The translations under genes and the position numbers were made by a program. Of a stretch of 64,000 nt of DNA, positions 58,915 to 64,000 are shown one piece after another (within the stretch, counting starts at the first letter, position 1; every line of letters starts with the position of its first letter). The notes below the pieces were generated by a model, which saw only the letters and a list, made by a program, of their open reading frames with translations, did no database searches and had not been told where the DNA came from. Source of the DNA: Heteronotia binoei (taxonomy: Eukaryota); the NCBI RefSeq assembly GCF_032191835.1, contig NC_083239.1, positions 31,000,001-31,064,000 on the forward strand. Direction: 5' to 3'.

Positions 58915-60424
58915 GTAGGTGGACACAGGGAAGAATGAAGGTGAGCATGTATGCTTGTGGTTTCTCTGGGGTGGGCAGGGATGACAACATTTTATTTATT
59001 TGTTTTATTTATTTAAAATATTTTTATGCTGCCTTTAAATCCATTGTTGGGTTCCCAGGGCAACTAACTATCAAAATATTAAAAGATTTTACACACACAC
59101 TCACACACAATTAAAAACTGCAGTTAGGCAAAACACATGCACAGTTAGAACACAGACAAGAAGAAAGGTCGGTGAAGGAACAACAGGTGAAATAGATACG
59201 TTTTTATCTGATGGAGAAGACAATGACAGAGGGACAGATGGATCTTTCTGGGGGTGGAATTCCATAAGTCTGGTGTCACAGTTGGATTTTTCAAAGTGCT
59301 ACCCATCTGTCCTCAGATGGAGGGGGCACTTAAAATAGGGCTCCTCAAGATGACTGCAGAGGTTGGGTGGATTCAGATGGTTCAAATGGGATGAAATAGC
59401 TTTGATTTAAAGGGAAATAGGGAAGGGTCAATGAATAACAGGTAGGACCTAGAGTTTTCCTGGAGTTATGATTGCTCTCCAGACTAGAGATCTATTCCTC
59501 TGGAGAAAATGGAGGGTGGAAATGGAAAGAGTGATACCACATCCCCTTAGAGGTCCCTGCTCCCTCAAACCTCCAAGAATTTCCCAGGCCTAACAATTTC
59601 AGTTTTAACAATGTATATATAAGGGGAAGAGATGGAGGTGAAGGGAGGACTGAGACAAGGGTATAAATTTAATCAAATGAAGTTATTTAGGCATTCTGCC
59701 TGAAACACTTCCTCCAAGCAACTCAGGGCAGTTTTACATTGTTCTTCCTTCCTCTGAGTCATAATAAATCTGTGAGGTAGGTTGGATCGATGTCCTAAAC
59801 ATTTCCCCAAATATGTCCCTGAGCTGGATCAACAGATTTGGTGTGGGAGATCAGTGTTTTCCATGGTAGTTTGGACCCATTTCAGACTGGAACCACAGTA
59901 TGCAAAAAGAAAGGGTTTAGACCACCTCCGATACCATTTATTCAACTGGAAATGGTGCTAGAGGGATGCTATTTCCCCAGTAGGGGAACGGAATGTGTAA
60001 CTAATCAGTACAGGTTTAGTTTCTTTGGTGGGGCAAATAGCCACTTCCTTGGGGCTGTTTCAACTTGAGAAACAAATGTTGGAGGGAAGGCTTCAGTTGC
60101 ATGTCCAAGCCCCAGTCCAAATCTGGACCATGCATACTTGGAATCACAGGACTCCTTGACCATGTCTGTTGACCTGATCTGGGGATGCATCTTGGGGCAA
60201 ATGTATCCATTAATTACATGTTCCCACTGATCAGCTGGAGGGCTCTTTAAATTCCACAGGAGGGGAGGGAGAGGGGTGGCTGCTAGTGGTCACTCTTGGG
60301 GGTGGGGCTTCCCCTGCTGGCCAGCTGACTGGGGGTGGGCAGGAGCCTCCAAACAGGGGGATCCCCCACCACCAACTGGGAACTGCAAAACAAAGAAATA
60401 ATCATGTATGAATTAGCTGAGAGT

Positions 60425-60940
60425 AACTCAAAAGAATTCATTACAAAATTATTGTAGAAATTCATAAGAAATTAAAGTTTTAGAATATTAAGTCAAGCCT
60501 ATCTTTGACAAAAGCAATCTTTCTTTAACAATAAAGTGTGCCAAAATGCAATTAGTAGTCCATTAAATTATCTGTGTGCGAATAGAATCAATAGGAGAAT
60601 TTTTCTCTAAAGAATTTGTGCTTGTGATATTTGTAGACTATATTTGGAATGGTAAGAAAACACAGGACGATTGCTAACCCTTCCCTGAAGAAGGTCTCTT
60701 GAAACGAACTAATAAGCTACCAGCTCCATTGAGGTGGTGGTCAAGATGTCCTTCTACTGATTCCATTTGCACACAGATAATTTCATGGACTATTAATTGC
60801 ATTTTGGTATAAGCACTTTACTGTTAAAGAAAGATTGCTTTTGTCAAAGATAGACTTGACTTAACTAATATTGTAAAACTTTAATGAATTTCTTTGCATT
60901 TCTTCAAAAATTTTGTAACAATTTCTTTTGAATTACTTTT
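60425..60940. repeat. ~170-bp AT-rich inverted repeat (60425-60597 vs 60753-60940) around a hammerhead-like remnant
   Basis: Arms are diverged reverse complements; ctgaagaaggtctcttgaaac in the spacer. Probably a PLE relic. Confidence 0.7.
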
Positions 60941-61060
60941 ATACCAATTCCGCAATAGCAGTTGCTCTGCTCCCGGGCTTCTGCTGTCCTTAGATCAAGC
61001 GATTGATTCTCCACCTCTTTCTTCACGGCCACATTTTGACTCACGGCTCCCTCCAATTTA

Positions 61061-61520
61061 CATAAGAACATAAGAGAAGCCATGTTGGATCAGGCCAATG
61101 GCCCATCCAGTCCAACACTCTGTATCACACAGTGGCCAAAATACACACACACACACTGTGGCTAATAGCCACTGATGGACCTCTACTCCATATTTTTATC
61201 CAATCCTCTCTTGACACTGCCTATGCTTGTAGCTGCCACCACCTCCTGTGGCAGTGAATTCCACATGTTAATCACCCTTTGGGTAAAGAAGTACTTCCTT
61301 TTATCCGTTTTAACCTGACTGCTCAGCAATTTCATTGAATGCCCACGAGTTCTTGTATTGTGAGAAAGGGAGAAAAGGACTTCTTTCTCTACTTTCTAAA
61401 TCCCATGCATAATCTTGTAAACCTCTATCATGTCACCCCGCAGTCGACGTTTCTCCAAGCTAAAGAGCCCCTAGCATTTTAATCTTTCTTCATAGAGAAA
61501 GTATTCCAAACCTTTAATCA
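61061..61520 (-). mobile_element. CR1 LINE 3' fragment (ORF2 C-terminus plus tail)
   Basis: GLFSLEKRRLRGDMIEVYKIMHG...RTRGHSMKL...KYFFTQRVINMWNSLP. Confidence 0.9.
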
Positions 61521-62909
61521 TCACCCCACGTCTTCCTGATCTTTTTTTTAGAGATCAAGAAGATGCAGGGGAAACTGGAGGGAGCTGTGGGTCACAATGC
61601 AGTCACATAGCAACTGGTGGGGAATCAATCACCTGATCTAGGGAAAGCAGAAGCCTGGGGGAGGAACAGCTGTTACTGCGAAATCAATTAAATTCATACA
61701 TGGTTATTTCTTTGTTTTGCATTGCCTTGTTCCATTGTATCTCTTTGATTACTTACCCACCTGGGGACTGTCATCCCTATATCAAGTGGGGTGGGAAGTA
61801 CAGCCTGAAATAAAAGTTTTTGTAGAATTTTTAAAAAAGAGTGCTTGACGGGCTGATTTCTGAACATAGTTGCCAACCTCCATGAATTACGACTGGTCTC
61901 CAGGCTACATTTATCAGTTTCCCTAGAGAAAATGGGTGGCTTGGAGGGTAGTCTGTATGACATCAAATCCCTCCTGAGCTCCCACCCCAAACTTTGCCCA
62001 CTCTGGATTCCCCCCTCAAATCTCCAAGAAATTCCCAAGTTGTCAGCCCTGTTTTTGAGGGAAGAAAGAGAAATAGAATCCTGTAAACTTGTTAGGTGTG
62101 GTAAAAAAAAGAAAAGAAAATTCAAATGGGATAGTCAACCAAATGTCTTTTTAAATTTTGTTTGTTTTTAGAGAAGGAAATGATGGGGGGAATACTTAGT
62201 GTAGATCTAATTTTCCTATTTAATAGTTTATTATTTATCCAACATAGTCTGTAAGAGTAAGATCTATAAAATTATGGCCATGTATGGCCATAGTTATGTT
62301 TAGATTAAAATGAAGGCTTGAAATTAATATTAAAATGTCATTTTCTTTAACTGCTTATTGTATTTTTTTCTGAAATATCATTGAAATACCTTGTCTATTT
62401 CTTTTGGCTATAGTATAATTATAGCAATCATAGAATATAGTATAATCTGCAATTTCAAGTAAATCAGCTAATGCAGTCTATCAAACACTGGTTGATGCAG
62501 TCTAATTAAAATTGTGTGTGTGAGAGAAAATATTATTGAATACTGAGATTATGTTTCTATATTATATGTTCTCATACTTGAAATATTAAATATTAAAATA
62601 AATGAAAGATAAATATTAAAATATTTTAATTGTCCTTGTGTGTAAATAATATATCTAAAACCTTATTCTTGATTTTTTGTTTCCCCTTTACCCCTTTTTT
62701 CCCTTTCTGTATACCTATTTCTTTTTGAGAAAATAAAAATATATATATTAAAAAGAGAGGGAAACAAGGGGGGAAATGCTCAGTCCCAAAACTGAAACTG
62801 AACAGAACAGTGCCCCAAATCTCTATCCTCACTCTGCTCCAAGCTCTTTGATCAGAGCCAACAATCTACAGTCCAGGGCAAATTTCCACCTGCATTGCTT
62901 CCTTCGCAG

Positions 62910-63163
62910 ACTTATCCACGTCCGGCTTGGAGAAAGAAACCTGGATTGTTATGATGGGACGGAACAATATAAACATGTGATCAAAGCTATTGTTCATCCT
63001 GGATTCAATCACTCAACCCACAGCAACGATCTCATGCTGCTGAAACTGATGACCCCAGCAAGGCTGAACTGCTATGTACAGCCCTTGGGACTGTCTTCCT
63101 GGAGAGCAAGCCCTGGAAAAATGTGTTTGGTATCAGGATGGGGTGCTCCTATAAATGCTCAAA
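62910..63163 (+). CDS. Trypsin/kallikrein-like protease exon (LIHVRLGERN...HPGFNHSTHSNDLMLLKL...CLVSGWG)
   Basis: cgcag/gtatgt boundaries, 254 nt, phase 2-1, as in trypsin-family exon 3; Asp102 at 63028. Confidence 0.93.
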
Positions 63164-63227
63164 GTATGTACACTATGTTGGCTTCTCTTATATTCAGCTA
63201 TCAAAAAAAGAGGTATCCTATTTAGAA

Positions 63228-63730
63228 TAGGGTTGCCAGAGTGGGAAAATACCTGGAGATTTGGGGGGTGGAGCCTGGGGAGGGCAGGGTTTGGGGAGGA
63301 GCCTCAGCAAGATGCAATGCCATGGAGCCTGACGTTCCCCTGGGTTACAAATGACTTCCAGGCTACAAGACCCAGTCAGGTCCCTTAGATAAAATGGCAG
63401 CTTCAGAGAGCAAACTCTATGGCAGAGATGGCCAAACTTGCTTCATGTAAGAGCCATATAGAACAAACATCAGGTTTGAGAGCCGCAAGACAGGAATGCC
63501 AGATGTTTAAGAGTCGAAGGAAGGAAGACCAAATAGAGAGGGGGGAAGGAAAGGTGGAAAGAAAGCAACTTTAAATGCATTCTCCAGCTGGCTTGGATTG
63601 CTGAAGTGATTTAAAGAGACAAATGCCTTCTCCAAACTGGCTGATGGGGTGGTGGGGGCTTTGAGAACCACACAATATGTGTGAAAGAGCCACATGTGGC
63701 TCCCAAGCCTCAATTCGGCCACCCCTGCTC
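63228..63730. mobile_element. TAGGGTTGCC-family MITE interrupted by a Charlie-like MITE (~63420-63728)
   Basis: Termini match the families above. Confidence 0.6.
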
Positions 63731-63954
63731 TTTGGTATCATATCTCCAATAAGCTCCCTCCCCAGGTACTGCTCCAAATCTGCAGGAATTTCCCAAGGCA
63801 GAGTTGGCAGCCTTAATAGCAACAACACTTAGGTCTGGTTGTACTATATGTACAAAAAAATGTAGATAAAAATGGGGAAACTGCAAGTACTTGCAATGGG
63901 TCATCTCATTTCCCTCTCCTCCATTATCTGTTCTTCCCTGCCCTGAAAGTCTTC

Positions 63955-64000
63955 ATAGCATCTCCTCTTTTCTTCCTTCCTTCTCTCCTTCCCAGCCAGA
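63955..64000 (+). other. Polypyrimidine tract and acceptor of the next protease exon (probably starting at 63996)
   Basis: tctcctcttttcttccttccttctctccttcccag at the window end. Confidence 0.55.

Overview
Vertebrate (squamate, most likely gecko, judged from the Sauria-type SINE and the other repeat families) genomic window with four protein-coding genes read exon by exon from splice signals. (1) The 5' end of fibrillarin FBL (minus; exons 1-2 in a CpG island at ~2.1-2.7 kb, the rest off the left edge). (2) A complete IL20RB (minus; my model has 8 coding exons, 25658 to 8879, 311 aa; the two signal-peptide exons are less certain). (3) A complete lariat debranching enzyme DBR1 (plus; 8 exons, 30182-45000, 536 aa), head-to-head with IL20RB. 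(4) The first three coding exons of a trypsin/kallikrein-type serine protease (plus; 55737 to >64000) whose canonical IVGG activation motif reads PPKG. The rest is dense with repeats: Penelope-like elements with inverted pLTRs and minimal hammerhead ribozyme motifs (about 11 copies, one apparently intact at ~49.4 kb), hAT and Tc2-like MITEs with TSDs (one carrying ~500 bp of CpG-rich cargo), tRNA- and 5S-derived SINEs, CR1/L2/other LINE fragments, a probable solo LTR and one N gap. Best leads: the PPKG protease, the hammerhead-bearing foldback elements, the cargo MITE, and the gene neighbourhood (human 3q22 genes between genes associated with human 19q13). Repeat family names come from memory of consensus sequences, not database searches; repeat boundaries without a stated TSD are approximate.
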